From NCBI GenBank assembly GCA_021513695.1, contig CP084166.1:192001-256000 (forward strand): a stretch of 64,000 bases of DNA, written 5' to 3'. Shown here in pieces: positions 27,183 to 36,507 of the stretch. The position numbers and the translations under genes were made by a program. The notes beneath the pieces were generated by a model, which saw only the letters and a program-made list of their open reading frames with translations, made no database searches and was not told the origin of the DNA. The DNA is from Candidatus Heimdallarchaeum aukensis. GTDB lineage: Archaea > Asgardarchaeota > Heimdallarchaeia > Heimdallarchaeales > Heimdallarchaeaceae. Numbering within the stretch: position 1 is the first letter of the stretch; each line of letters opens with the position of its first letter.

Positions 27183-28229
27183 ATGAAGACCTATAAATTA
27201 ATGAAAGAAGATTTTCCACAATTTCTAAGTCTTCTGCAAGAAAAAGGGAATCTTTATGGTCCAGTAAAGTCAAAAAATCATTATTCTTTCGAAAAGATTG
27301 ATGATTTGTCTAAGTTGACTTTTGACTACACAAGGACGCTAATGGGATTAAAAAAATTTGTAACTCCTCCCAAGTATAAAGTAAAACATTTTGATAAATC
27401 AGGCTCAGAGGATGTAATTCCTGAAGATGAAACAAATATAGTAATTGGTGCTCATCCTTGTGATATCCATGCGATGAAAATTCTTGATAAGCTATTTCTA
27501 GGACAGATCAAAGACCCATATTATAAAAAAAGGAGAGAAAATTTGGTGATTGTTGGACACTCATGTTTGCCAGATGAGAACTGCCTTTGCACTTCGACAG
27601 GTACAGATATGGTGTCGGATGGATTTGATTTGTTCTTAACGGAACTACAAGATTTCTATTTAGTGTGGGTAGGTTCTAGTAAAGGTTTATTTATTATCAT
27701 GTCTTCAGAAGATTTGTTTAATGATAAAATAGAAATGTGTGACATTGCAGAATATACAAGTTGGCAAGAAAACAGACAAAATTCATTCAAGACGACTATT
27801 CCATTTCATTTAATGCCTGATATAGTCCATCTAATATATGAAGAAGATGAATTATGGGATCAATTTGGAGAAAAATGTTTAAGCTGTGGTACTTGCAGTC
27901 TTGTATGTCCAACATGTAATTGTTTCAATGTTGAAGATAAGATACTTATTCATGCCGATGAAGTAGTTAGAGAAAGAATGCTAGACAGTTGTACCCTACC
28001 CTACTACTCTGTAGTAGCAGGAGATCATGATTTTAGGCCTGACAGAACTAAGAGGTTGAAACTCTATTACACTCATAAATTAAAAGAATATATAGGAAAA
28101 TGGGGTCAACCAGCTTGTGTTGGTTGTGGACGATGTGTCACTTATTGTCCTGTTGGTATAAATGTTAAAACAGTTTCAAATGCTTTTTACGAAGCGATTC
28201 AATGTGTTCGGGAGGTAAAGAAAATATGA
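27183..28229 (+). CDS. hydB: Group 3b [NiFe]-hydrogenase (sulfhydrogenase-type) beta subunit, 4Fe-4S protein (AsrA-like)
   Basis: CLSCGTCSLVCPTCNC and CVGCGRCVTYCPVGI ferredoxin-type motifs. First gene of a beta-gamma-delta-alpha cluster with the same order as Pyrococcus hydBGDA. Confidence 0.75.
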   Translation: MKTYKLMKEDFPQFLSLLQEKGNLYGPVKSKNHYSFEKIDDLSKLTFDYTRTLMGLKKFVTPPKYKVKHFDKSGSEDVIPEDETNIVIGAHPCDIHAMKILDKLFLGQIKDPYYKKRRENLVIVGHSCLPDENCLCTSTGTDMVSDGFDLFLTELQDFYLVWVGSSKGLFIIMSSEDLFNDKIEMCDIAEYTSWQENRQNSFKTTIPFHLMPDIVHLIYEEDELWDQFGEKCLSCGTCSLVCPTCNCFNVEDKILIHADEVVRERMLDSCTLPYYSVVAGDHDFRPDRTKRLKLYYTHKLKEYIGKWGQPACVGCGRCVTYCPVGINVKTVSNAFYEAIQCVREVKKI

Positions 28230-29086
28230 TATCAGATAGAACTAAATTAGAAAATCCATATGAAGACCATTTGGCTACAATCATTGATTATCGCGATTTA
28301 ACAAGCGATACAAGATATTATAAGTTGAAATTTGTAGAACCAGAAGTACAAGAACACACTGGTGATTACAAACCAGGTCAGTTTGCGATGTTCTCCATTC
28401 CTGGTGTTGGAGAAGCTCCATTCTCTATATCTTCAACTCCGACAAGACCAGCTTTTCTAGAGTTTGGAATTAGAAAAGTGGGTTCATTTACTGATGCTTT
28501 ATTCAAGAAAAAAGAAGGAGATACTGTTTATATCCGTGGTCCTTATGGAAATGGATTTGACATGAAAAGCATGGAGGGAAAAGATATAGTTATAGTAAGT
28601 GGAGGATTAGGTGCAGTTCCATTAAGATCTGTTTTACTTTATCTAGAAGATAAAAGAGAATTATATAATAATGTATTCTTCCTAAATGGAGCTAGAACAC
28701 CTGAAGATATGCTTTTTAAAGAAGACTTCTTAGCTATGCATGCAAGAGAAATAATTGAAACACATTTAACAGTAGATAAAGATCCTACTGGAGAATGGAA
28801 ACACAATGTAGGTGTTGTAACTACACTATTCGAAAAAATTAACGGTCGAGTGGATAAAGATAATGCATATGCCTTAATCTGTGGGCCCCCAGTAATGTAT
28901 AAATTCGTTATAAAAGAATTGCTAAAAATGGAATTTTCAAAGAAAAATATACTAATGACACTAGAAAGAAGAATGAAGTGTGGTCAAGGACACTGTGGAC
29001 ATTGTGCTATTCACGGTGTTTATACTTGCTTAGATGGACCAGTGTTTAACTACTGGGATTATGAACGTATGGTGGAGTTGATTTAA
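28226..29086 (+). CDS. hydG: Hydrogenase gamma subunit, FAD/NAD(P)-binding oxidoreductase with C-terminal 2Fe-2S site
   Basis: FNR-like GQFAMFSIPGVGEAPFSIS, GGLGAVPL, and C-terminal MKCGQGHCGHCAIHGVYTCLDGPVF. GGAGGT at 28211..28216, with ATG 28226 overlapping the upstream TGA (ATGA). The track start 28202 is probably too early. Confidence 0.8.
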   Translation: MISDRTKLENPYEDHLATIIDYRDLTSDTRYYKLKFVEPEVQEHTGDYKPGQFAMFSIPGVGEAPFSISSTPTRPAFLEFGIRKVGSFTDALFKKKEGDTVYIRGPYGNGFDMKSMEGKDIVIVSGGLGAVPLRSVLLYLEDKRELYNNVFFLNGARTPEDMLFKEDFLAMHAREIIETHLTVDKDPTGEWKHNVGVVTTLFEKINGRVDKDNAYALICGPPVMYKFVIKELLKMEFSKKNILMTLERRMKCGQGHCGHCAIHGVYTCLDGPVFNYWDYERMVELI

Positions 29087-29087
29087 G

Positions 29088-29879
29088 ATGTGGACAAGTG
29101 AGCATAAACCTATTGTTGGTGTTTTTGGTTTCAGTGGTTGTGCTGGAGATCAGTTGCGATTAATTCATATGGAGGATGAACTTGTTAGTTTATTTACCAC
29201 AGCAGAGATTAAATTCTTTCATATGGCTCAATCTCATCAAGAAGTTGAGCATGTTGACATTGCTCTAGTTGAAGGTAGTATAAATACCAAAAAGCAACTT
29301 GAAGAACTGAAAGAGATACGTGAAAAATCTACTTTTCTAGTTGCATTAGGTACTTGTGCTTGTTTTGGCGGTATTCAATATTTGAACGAGAAAGATGAAG
29401 CTTTTGAAGAGCGATTTAGACATGTATACGGTTCAAATATCAAGAAAAAAGAATTTATAGTCGGAGAAGCTATCCCTCCTCAACCTTTATGCAACTTTGT
29501 AAAAGTCGATGCCATGGTTCCAGGATGTCCAATAGAAAAAGATAATCTTTTACCTATATACACTAAATTGATAAAAGGTATTAGACCTCAAAAATATCCT
29601 GCTCCCGTTTGCGTTGAATGTAAATTGGAAGGTAATGATTGTCTTCTTCTTCACGGTATTCCTTGTATAGGACCTGTGGTCTCTGCAGGTTGTGGAGCTA
29701 TATGCCCTAGTCATAATCTCCCATGTGTAGGTTGTTGGGGTCCTTATGAAGCAGCGAACTATAAATCAATGATTGACAAGCTCGAAGAGATAGGTGTAGA
29801 TAAAGAAACAGCGTTACGCAAGATCAAGTTATTTGGCGGAAGTAAGGCAGAAGAAGAATTGGAAAAGGTGATAAAATGA
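29088..29879 (+). CDS. hydD: [NiFe]-hydrogenase small (delta) subunit
   Basis: GFSGCAGDQL, GTCACFGG, PGCP and further Cys clusters (CVECK, CGAICPSHNLPCVGCWGP). 263 aa. Confidence 0.8.
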   Translation: MWTSEHKPIVGVFGFSGCAGDQLRLIHMEDELVSLFTTAEIKFFHMAQSHQEVEHVDIALVEGSINTKKQLEELKEIREKSTFLVALGTCACFGGIQYLNEKDEAFEERFRHVYGSNIKKKEFIVGEAIPPQPLCNFVKVDAMVPGCPIEKDNLLPIYTKLIKGIRPQKYPAPVCVECKLEGNDCLLLHGIPCIGPVVSAGCGAICPSHNLPCVGCWGPYEAANYKSMIDKLEEIGVDKETALRKIKLFGGSKAEEELEKVIK

Positions 29880-31159
29880 GTAAGGATATTAATGTAAAAG
29901 TTCTCTCTCGTGTTGAGGGCGATGGAGGAATAAAAGTATATGTGAAGAACAATAAAGTGGAACAAGTGCTAGTTGATATTTTTGAAGGACCACGAATGAT
30001 CGAAGCTTTAGTAAGAGGAAAAACTTTTCAGGAAAACGTTTCTCTCGTATCAAGGATTTGTGCAATTTGTACAGTTTCACATCGTTATGCTTCAATCAAA
30101 GCAATAGAGAAAGCTCTGAAGGTTGAAGTTCCTGAGAAGATACAATTGTTAAGAAAACTTCTACATTTAGCTGAATATATAGAATCTCATATTTTACATG
30201 TTTACTTCTTAGCCCTTCCTGATTTCTTTAGGAAACCTAGTGCTATCGCTTTACTTCCTACACATAAAGAAACTGTTGTAGAAGCAATAACATTGAAGAA
30301 GTACGGAACAGAATTAATGAAATTGTTAATGGGGAGAAAGATTCATGGAGAAAATCCACAAGTAGGCGGTTTTGGAAGAATACCAACTAATAAAGAACTA
30401 GATGAATTTGCTGAAAAAGCAAAAGAATATATTCCTCAACTTGCTGCATTTATCGATGTGTTAGCTTCACTTGAAATACCAGATTATTGCGAGAGAGAAA
30501 CAACATTTATGTGTTGTAATCCTCCAAACAATGAATTTGGATTTGAAGGAGACACTATTCTTATTTCTACTGGAGAGGAATATCCTGTTGAAGAATACAA
30601 GAAACTAACAAATGAGCGAGTTGTTCCTCATTCATATGCTAAAAGATCAAGATACAAAGATAAACCATTCACCGTTGGAGCACTAGCAAGACTTATTTTA
30701 ATTGGTGATAGACTAACAGGATTAGCTAAAGAAAAATTTGAGAATTACTATAATGAAAAATGGAAAGTTAATCCATTATACAATAACTTAGCTCAAGCAA
30801 TAGAAGCTCTCTGGTCATTTGAACAGATTCCAGAACTAGTAGAAAAAATAAAGTCTCTTCCTGACTCAGAAATCGTTGAAGTGAAAAACCTTAACGGAAA
30901 AGCAACTGCAGCTGTTGAAGCTCCTAGAGGTATACTCTATCACACCTATGAAATTAAGGATGGAAAGATGGTCAGCGCTGACATTATTACACCAACTGCT
31001 CAATTCCTTGATGATGTTGAAGAGTACATTAGAGTTGCAGCAGAGAAGCTAATTGCCGAGAAAAACGAAGAAACCGAGTTACATTTAGAAATGATTGCTA
31101 GAGCTTATGATCCTTGTATCTCTTGCAGTTGCCACATGGTAAAACTAATTGAAGAATAA
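29876..31159 (+). CDS. hydA: [NiFe]-hydrogenase large (alpha) subunit
   Basis: N-terminal SRICAICTVSH (RxCxxCxxxH) and C-terminal DPCISCSCH (DPCxxCxxH) Ni-Fe ligand motifs. 427 aa, the size of group 3 enzymes. ATGA overlap with hydD. Confidence 0.9.
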   Translation: MSKDINVKVLSRVEGDGGIKVYVKNNKVEQVLVDIFEGPRMIEALVRGKTFQENVSLVSRICAICTVSHRYASIKAIEKALKVEVPEKIQLLRKLLHLAEYIESHILHVYFLALPDFFRKPSAIALLPTHKETVVEAITLKKYGTELMKLLMGRKIHGENPQVGGFGRIPTNKELDEFAEKAKEYIPQLAAFIDVLASLEIPDYCERETTFMCCNPPNNEFGFEGDTILISTGEEYPVEEYKKLTNERVVPHSYAKRSRYKDKPFTVGALARLILIGDRLTGLAKEKFENYYNEKWKVNPLYNNLAQAIEALWSFEQIPELVEKIKSLPDSEIVEVKNLNGKATAAVEAPRGILYHTYEIKDGKMVSADIITPTAQFLDDVEEYIRVAAEKLIAEKNEETELHLEMIARAYDPCISCSCHMVKLIEE

Positions 31160-31170
31160 AAGTGTGGTAA

Positions 31171-31650
31171 TTGACAGAAGAAAATTCAAACCCTTTTTCT
31201 TTTTCTTGTTTTACAAAACCAGAACACACTGCTTTTCTTTGTTTTGGAAATTTAGATAGAAGTGATGACGCTATAGGTCTTCTTATAGCTCGAGATTTAA
31301 AAAACCTTTTTCCACACGTTTTTAGTGAAGAATTCGACGACCCCATTGGCGAACTACTAATGATTCTTGAAGATGAAAGTATAGAGTGCATAACTGTAAT
31401 TGATGCATGTGATCTAAAAGCTGAAAATGGAAGTGTAATTGTATCTTCTAATATTAAAGTTGCAGAAAGTCGTTTGAGTACACATACTATACCTATAAAG
31501 CAATTGATAGAACTGATCCACAACGAAGGAAAAGAATTTGTTTTTATTGGTGTTCAAGTTTATAATGTAGAATTTATGGGAGAAATGAGTGAAGAAGTAT
31601 TAAAAGCTAAAGAAAAAATCCTTTCTTGGTTTGTTAAAGAAAATCAATGA
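31171..31650 (+). CDS. Hydrogenase maturation endopeptidase (HycI/HoxW family)
   Basis: LCFGNLDRSDDAIGLLIA matches the GNxxxxDDGxG motif. Lies immediately downstream of the large subunit. TTG start. Confidence 0.7.
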   Translation: MTEENSNPFSFSCFTKPEHTAFLCFGNLDRSDDAIGLLIARDLKNLFPHVFSEEFDDPIGELLMILEDESIECITVIDACDLKAENGSVIVSSNIKVAESRLSTHTIPIKQLIELIHNEGKEFVFIGVQVYNVEFMGEMSEEVLKAKEKILSWFVKENQ

Positions 31651-32980
31651 GTTCTCTCATTTTTGAATAAGCATCTATTCCTTTTCTTGTAATTGAATAA
31701 TATTTTTTGTTTTTCCCTTTTATTTTTGAAGAAATCAGATTCTTTTCTTCAAGCTCATTGAGATGTTGGTATATTGATTGAAGCGATTTTCTTTTTCCTA
31801 GAGCTTTCCAGATAGCGTAACCGTGATTTGCTTTCTTTCTGGAAATCAGATCCAATATTTCAAACTTTGTTGTAGATTTTTCAGAAAGACCCCATACTGC
31901 TTTTTTAATTCCTCTTAATTTAGAAGCAAATATGTTTAACGCATTCAAGCCTGACCCAGAAAGAAGAGCAACTGTAGAATCGACGTTGATTCCTTCATTT
32001 TCTAATAATTGATTAGCAGCAACAACAACAGAAGCTGAAGCAGGTTCAATAAATAAGCCTTCTTTTTTTGCTAAAAGAAGGGCTTGATCTATCATTTTTT
32101 CTCCCTCTATTTCAATTTCTTTTCCTTTAGTTTTTAGAAGAATATCGCCGATTTTTTGAGAAAGTGTCTGAGGTGTAGGAATCTTTAGAGATTCTGCATA
32201 AAAGTCTAAATCTTCTTGTTTCAAAGACACAGCATAAAATGAGGGGATTTTTTCTATCCAACCAGATGCTAAAGCATCTTCAAAACCCCTATATATAGAA
32301 TAGAAAAGAGAGCCAGAACCTTTTGGAATAATAATATTTTCAATTGTTTCAGATAAGTGAGCGATTTCTAAACCTATAGTTTTCTGACCTTCAACAGTCA
32401 AAATATTGTCAGATGAAGCGAAAAAAACTCCACCCTTTTGTAGTTCTCTCCCCTTCTCAATTGCTTCTTCAGTAGTAGAACCATGTTCGACTACTTTACT
32501 TCCATAAACTTTCATCTGTTCAATTTTTGATAATTCTAAATTCGAAGGTACAATGTTAGTGAGTTCTAAACCTGCTAATGCAGAGTAAGCTGATAAACTT
32601 ATGCCTAAAGAACCAGAACTAGAGCACACCAGTTTAGAAATAGAGGAAGAAGAAAGATAAGAAGCAATAAGTGAAGATGCACGGTCTCTGAATGATCCAG
32701 TTGGATTTCTAAATTCAAGTTTTAGTTTTAATCCTTTTAGTGATGAAATGTTGTTAATTAATAAAATAGGTGTATTTCCTTCAGACAATGTATAAACCTT
32801 CTCTAGTGAAGGTAAAAAAGGACTGAATGACCATATATTTGATATTTTTATCTTACTTTTTTCAGGTCCTTGAATAGGGTCTATGTTTTGGATAGAACCA
32901 CAAAAAGGGCAAAGAAGATCAAAATTAATAGATAATGTATCTTTCTTACATTTGATACAATACGGTTTTTTCTTCCACAT
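31634..32980 (-). CDS. Zn-ribbon + threonine-synthase-like fold-type II PLP domain (PLP lysine replaced) + C-terminal PadR-type wHTH
   Basis: CIKC-x14-CPFC; EGNTPIL; FRNPTGSFRDRAS, where family members have NPTGSFKDRG (codon AGA at 32687..32689, verified on DNA); SSSGSLG in place of SSGNxG; C-terminal GYAIWKALGKRKSLQSIYQHLNELEEKNLISSKIKGKNKKYYSITRKGIDAY. Confidence 0.75.
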   Translation of the reverse strand: MWKKKPYCIKCKKDTLSINFDLLCPFCGSIQNIDPIQGPEKSKIKISNIWSFSPFLPSLEKVYTLSEGNTPILLINNISSLKGLKLKLEFRNPTGSFRDRASSLIASYLSSSSISKLVCSSSGSLGISLSAYSALAGLELTNIVPSNLELSKIEQMKVYGSKVVEHGSTTEEAIEKGRELQKGGVFFASSDNILTVEGQKTIGLEIAHLSETIENIIIPKGSGSLFYSIYRGFEDALASGWIEKIPSFYAVSLKQEDLDFYAESLKIPTPQTLSQKIGDILLKTKGKEIEIEGEKMIDQALLLAKKEGLFIEPASASVVVAANQLLENEGINVDSTVALLSGSGLNALNIFASKLRGIKKAVWGLSEKSTTKFEILDLISRKKANHGYAIWKALGKRKSLQSIYQHLNELEEKNLISSKIKGKNKKYYSITRKGIDAYSKMRELIDFL

Positions 32981-32991
32981 TTTTTAGCTCC

Positions 32992-33186
32992 TTATTCTGT
33001 TAAAACAGGCTCTTCTTTTGGATCGATTCTAATATCGCTATTACAGAGTGCATCAAAAATTTCTTCGATCTTAAAAGAATCAGGGTCTTTAAAGTAGAGA
33101 TAAAGTTCCAAATCTCTCTTGATTAAGAAATCAAGAAGTTTTATAAGCAATTCTTTTTCTGTTTTTGAGTTAACAATAATTTGCAT
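32992..33186 (-). CDS. Hypothetical small protein (64 aa)
   Basis: ORF 11 nt upstream of, and co-directional with, the ThrC-like gene. No family recognised. Confidence 0.35.
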   Translation of the reverse strand: MQIIVNSKTEKELLIKLLDFLIKRDLELYLYFKDPDSFKIEEIFDALCNSDIRIDPKEEPVLTE

Positions 33187-33371
33187 TATATAAACATAGA
33201 TTTTCTATTCTTATATTTTTTGAATAAATATTACATTATTTTTGAATAAACAAAGTTGTCCTAAACATTCTTTAAATCAATATCTTTCATATTTTTTTGA
33301 TTTGAAAAATAATTGTTTTTAAGATAATTTTATAAATAACCTCTATCTTTTGATAAAATAAGGAGTTAAAA

Positions 33372-35081
33372 ATGCCACAGAAATTATGGAAATATATACC
33401 TTCAATACCTGATGAAATTGAAATACCAGATAAGAGTATTATTGAATTATTTAGAGAAACAGCTAGCAATTTTCAAGATTTACCACTAACTTATTTTGAA
33501 GGAAAATACAAAACCTACAAAGAAGTAGTTGATGACATTAATCGTTTAGCAAATGGTTTAAGAGATTTGGGTATAAAGAAAGGTGATAGGGTTGCAGCCT
33601 TTTTACCCAATAGCCCTCAATTTGTAGTAACTTTCTTAGCTGTACATTCATTAGGAGCTATTTTTACAGGTATTAGTGCACTCAGTTCCCAAAAAGAACT
33701 TCAATATCAACTAGAAGATAGTGGAGCAAAAGCTATAGTCACTTTTGATGTATTTTTAGACAAAGTCAGAGAAGTTAAAGGTGAAACATCACTAGAGCAT
33801 ATCATTGTCACATCTGCAGCTGATGAGTTGCCTTCAATTAAAGCATTTTTATATAGATTAATAATAGGTAGAAAGAATCCTAAAGTAAAAAATGAAATAA
33901 AATACAAGGATTTATTAAAGAAAAGTTCAAATGAACCAATTATTACAAAAGTAGATCCAAAGGAAGATATAGCAATTCTGCAATATACTGGTGGTACAAC
34001 TGGTGTAATGAAGGGTGCAATGCTTACTCACAGAAACTTAGTTGCCCAAGCGATTACTCTAGATTATTGGAAAAATTGGTTAGATAACGTGCCAGAAAAG
34101 CCATATAGAATAGTTGGAGCTTTACCGTTTTCTCATATTTTTGGACTTTCAACTTCGTTATTATGGCCTGCGATTGCTGGAGCAACAATATATCTGTTCC
34201 CTGACCCAAGAAAATTAGAAGCAATAATGAAGTCAATAGACAAATTCAAAATTCAATTTTTCATGGGTATTCCTGTAATGTTCTTGAAAATATCAGAACA
34301 TCCTAATGTGGATAAATATGATCTATCCTCTTTACTAATGTGCATTTCTGGAGGAGAATCCTTACCGCAAGTAACAGTTGAAAAATTTGAATCAAAAACA
34401 GGTAATGTTCTAGTTGAGGGATATGGTTTAACTGAATCTTCACCTGTTACACATGTCAACCCTGCAAATCGAAAATATAGGAAAATAGGAACAATCGGTA
34501 TACCAATACCTAATGTAAAAGCAATGATAGTCGATACAGATACATTAGAAGAAATAACAGAGTTTGGAAAACCAGGAGAATTATGGATTCGAGGACCTTC
34601 AGTGATGAAAGGATACTGGAACAATAAAGAAGCAACAGAAAACTCTCTAGTGAAAGGTTGGTTAAGAACAGGAGATATAGCTGTCATGGATGAAGAAGGG
34701 TTCTTTGCAATAGTAGATAGAATAAAAGATATGATTATCGTTTCAGGCTATAAAGTGTGGCCTAATGAAGTTGAGGATGTGCTATATAGTCACCCTGCAA
34801 TAAATATGGCAGCAGTAATTGGTGAAAAAGCTGAAACAAAAGAAATAGTAAAAGCATATCTAGTAAAAGAACCAGGACATGAAGAGTTGTCGCTAGAAGA
34901 AGTAAGAGAATATTGTAAGAAACACTTGGCTCCTTATAAAGTTCCAAGAAAAATAGAATACTTAGAAGAATTACCACGCACAGCTCTTGGAAAAGTTCTA
35001 AGAAAAGAACTAAGAGCATTATCAGCGGTAACATCTGCTCAATCATTACCAAAAGAAACTATTGAAAAACTAGCTAAATAG
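33372..35081 (+). CDS. AMP-dependent synthetase/ligase (long-chain-fatty-acid-CoA ligase-like)
   Basis: LQYTGGTTGVMKGAMLTHRN (AMP-binding motif), EGYGLTES, WLRTGDIA, SGYKVWPNEVE, PRTALGKVLRKEL. AAGGAG lies 7 nt before the ATG. Confidence 0.9.
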   Translation: MPQKLWKYIPSIPDEIEIPDKSIIELFRETASNFQDLPLTYFEGKYKTYKEVVDDINRLANGLRDLGIKKGDRVAAFLPNSPQFVVTFLAVHSLGAIFTGISALSSQKELQYQLEDSGAKAIVTFDVFLDKVREVKGETSLEHIIVTSAADELPSIKAFLYRLIIGRKNPKVKNEIKYKDLLKKSSNEPIITKVDPKEDIAILQYTGGTTGVMKGAMLTHRNLVAQAITLDYWKNWLDNVPEKPYRIVGALPFSHIFGLSTSLLWPAIAGATIYLFPDPRKLEAIMKSIDKFKIQFFMGIPVMFLKISEHPNVDKYDLSSLLMCISGGESLPQVTVEKFESKTGNVLVEGYGLTESSPVTHVNPANRKYRKIGTIGIPIPNVKAMIVDTDTLEEITEFGKPGELWIRGPSVMKGYWNNKEATENSLVKGWLRTGDIAVMDEEGFFAIVDRIKDMIIVSGYKVWPNEVEDVLYSHPAINMAAVIGEKAETKEIVKAYLVKEPGHEELSLEEVREYCKKHLAPYKVPRKIEYLEELPRTALGKVLRKELRALSAVTSAQSLPKETIEKLAK

Positions 35082-35161
35082 ACTTTTTTATTTTTATTTT
35101 TGTTTTTATTTTTCTAAATTTTGGTCTTATTTTATTGGAAAATGAAGGTGATGTTAGTTTA

Positions 35162-36112
35162 TTACTTTGTTAGAAACTCAAGTTTCTCGATATTAATAAA
35201 ACCAAAACTCACTAGATTTGAAAATAAAGAGAGAAAATAGGGGAAAGAAATAATTAATTCTTCATTCTTAAAAATCTCATAAATATCGTAAATCGTATGA
35301 TTAATATTTCCACAGCATTCTTTTAGCATTTTTATGAAAAGTTTGTAAACTTTAACTGGTGTCATCGGGAAAATCTCATCAAAATTTTTTTCGAATATAT
35401 CAATATTTGTTTTGTAACTGTGTGGAATAGCGATTCTAGATTGTAATAACAAATCCAACTCTAGCAATGAAATATCATCAGGGGGATTTTCAATAATTCT
35501 ATCAATGTAAGCAGGGATAAAAGCTAGTGAAAAATTGTCTAAATAAACAAGCTGTTCTATTAAATCGTTAATTTTCTTAATCCACAGTTGAGCTATTTTA
35601 GTATTTAGTGATGAATTGATGCAGATCTTAGTTTCTATGAAGTTGAGAATAGAGTATTCAACAATTTCATTGCACTGTTTATCAGTATTATTGGAATTCT
35701 CTTCAAGATAGTATATTTCTTCTCTTAATTTGTCTATTATCTTAAGAGAGTATAGGTTTACTCCTCCGTAATCAATCGTTGGGGTTAATATTTGCTGATT
35801 ATATTTTGAAATTGATGGTATTGGAATCCCGAATTCTACATCTTGTTCTCCTATTATTGAAGGTGTTTTATCAATATCCGTACGCAAAAGAACATGAGAT
35901 CTAACTGAATTGTTAGTGTCTATAAAGAGTTTTGTAGCTCTTAATGAGCTATCTCCACACTCATGTACATCTACAAGTTCAAAGATATCTTTACCTTCGT
36001 TCAAAAAAGGTAAAATCGTCTTTGGAATGAAAATTATTCTTTGTTTTTGACATGCTGTACATAAATACTCTATTGAAACTCGAGATTCAGCTCTTATTGT
36101 CAATTTCTTCAA
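35162..36112 (-). CDS. Unknown-function protein, CxxC...HxC N-terminal module; paralogue of 48127..48990
   Basis: IEYLCTACQKQRIIFIPK...DIFELVDVHECG...LFIDTNNSVRS...GIPIPS aligns by eye with IEYQCNICLKQRIMGLPE...LMDIIDVHKCK...LHVDSDLNVRT...GLPLPS of the other gene. Both have helical C-terminal halves ending in a wHTH-like LxxLVxxGxINI. Confidence 0.6.
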   Translation of the reverse strand: MKKLTIRAESRVSIEYLCTACQKQRIIFIPKTILPFLNEGKDIFELVDVHECGDSSLRATKLFIDTNNSVRSHVLLRTDIDKTPSIIGEQDVEFGIPIPSISKYNQQILTPTIDYGGVNLYSLKIIDKLREEIYYLEENSNNTDKQCNEIVEYSILNFIETKICINSSLNTKIAQLWIKKINDLIEQLVYLDNFSLAFIPAYIDRIIENPPDDISLLELDLLLQSRIAIPHSYKTNIDIFEKNFDEIFPMTPVKVYKLFIKMLKECCGNINHTIYDIYEIFKNEELIISFPYFLSLFSNLVSFGFINIEKLEFLTK

Positions 36113-36507
36113 TAAAAAGTATACTTAATTATTTATATATTTATACATACGGTTTTTCTTTCTACTCGATGTGAAGAGAAATACTTGTTGTATGTAATTT
36201 ACAGAAAATGAGAACTTAAGTTTCAATGAACATATGACCATTTTCTAGCCAAAAAAGACCTGAAAGAAAGTCAGTGTTTTGAAAATAAAAAGATAAAAAT
36301 TTATTTGAAAACAATTTTATTAAATAGAACCTTTGTCAAACAGTTTCAAAGTAAATAGAAGAATGTTTAGTATAGTTTTCTTTTTTAGTTTAAAAGATTT
36401 AAAAAGGGAGTTTATAGTTTAAGAAAAAAACATTTATTCTTTTAATTGAATATTGTTAGAGTAGATAAGTTTTAATAGAATAAAGGTGAATTATATTAAG
36501 TAAACCA

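Noticed and set aside
28001-28017. CTACTAC-tct-GTAGTAG palindrome resembling the TrmB-region palindromes
   Set aside because: It lies inside the hydB coding sequence (encoding PYYSVVA), has N3 rather than N4 spacing, and has no promoter context. Most likely coincidental.
29876-31159. Possible selenocysteine-containing hydrogenase large subunit
   Set aside because: The C-terminal motif is DPCISCSCH with ordinary Cys codons, and the ORF has no in-frame TGA.
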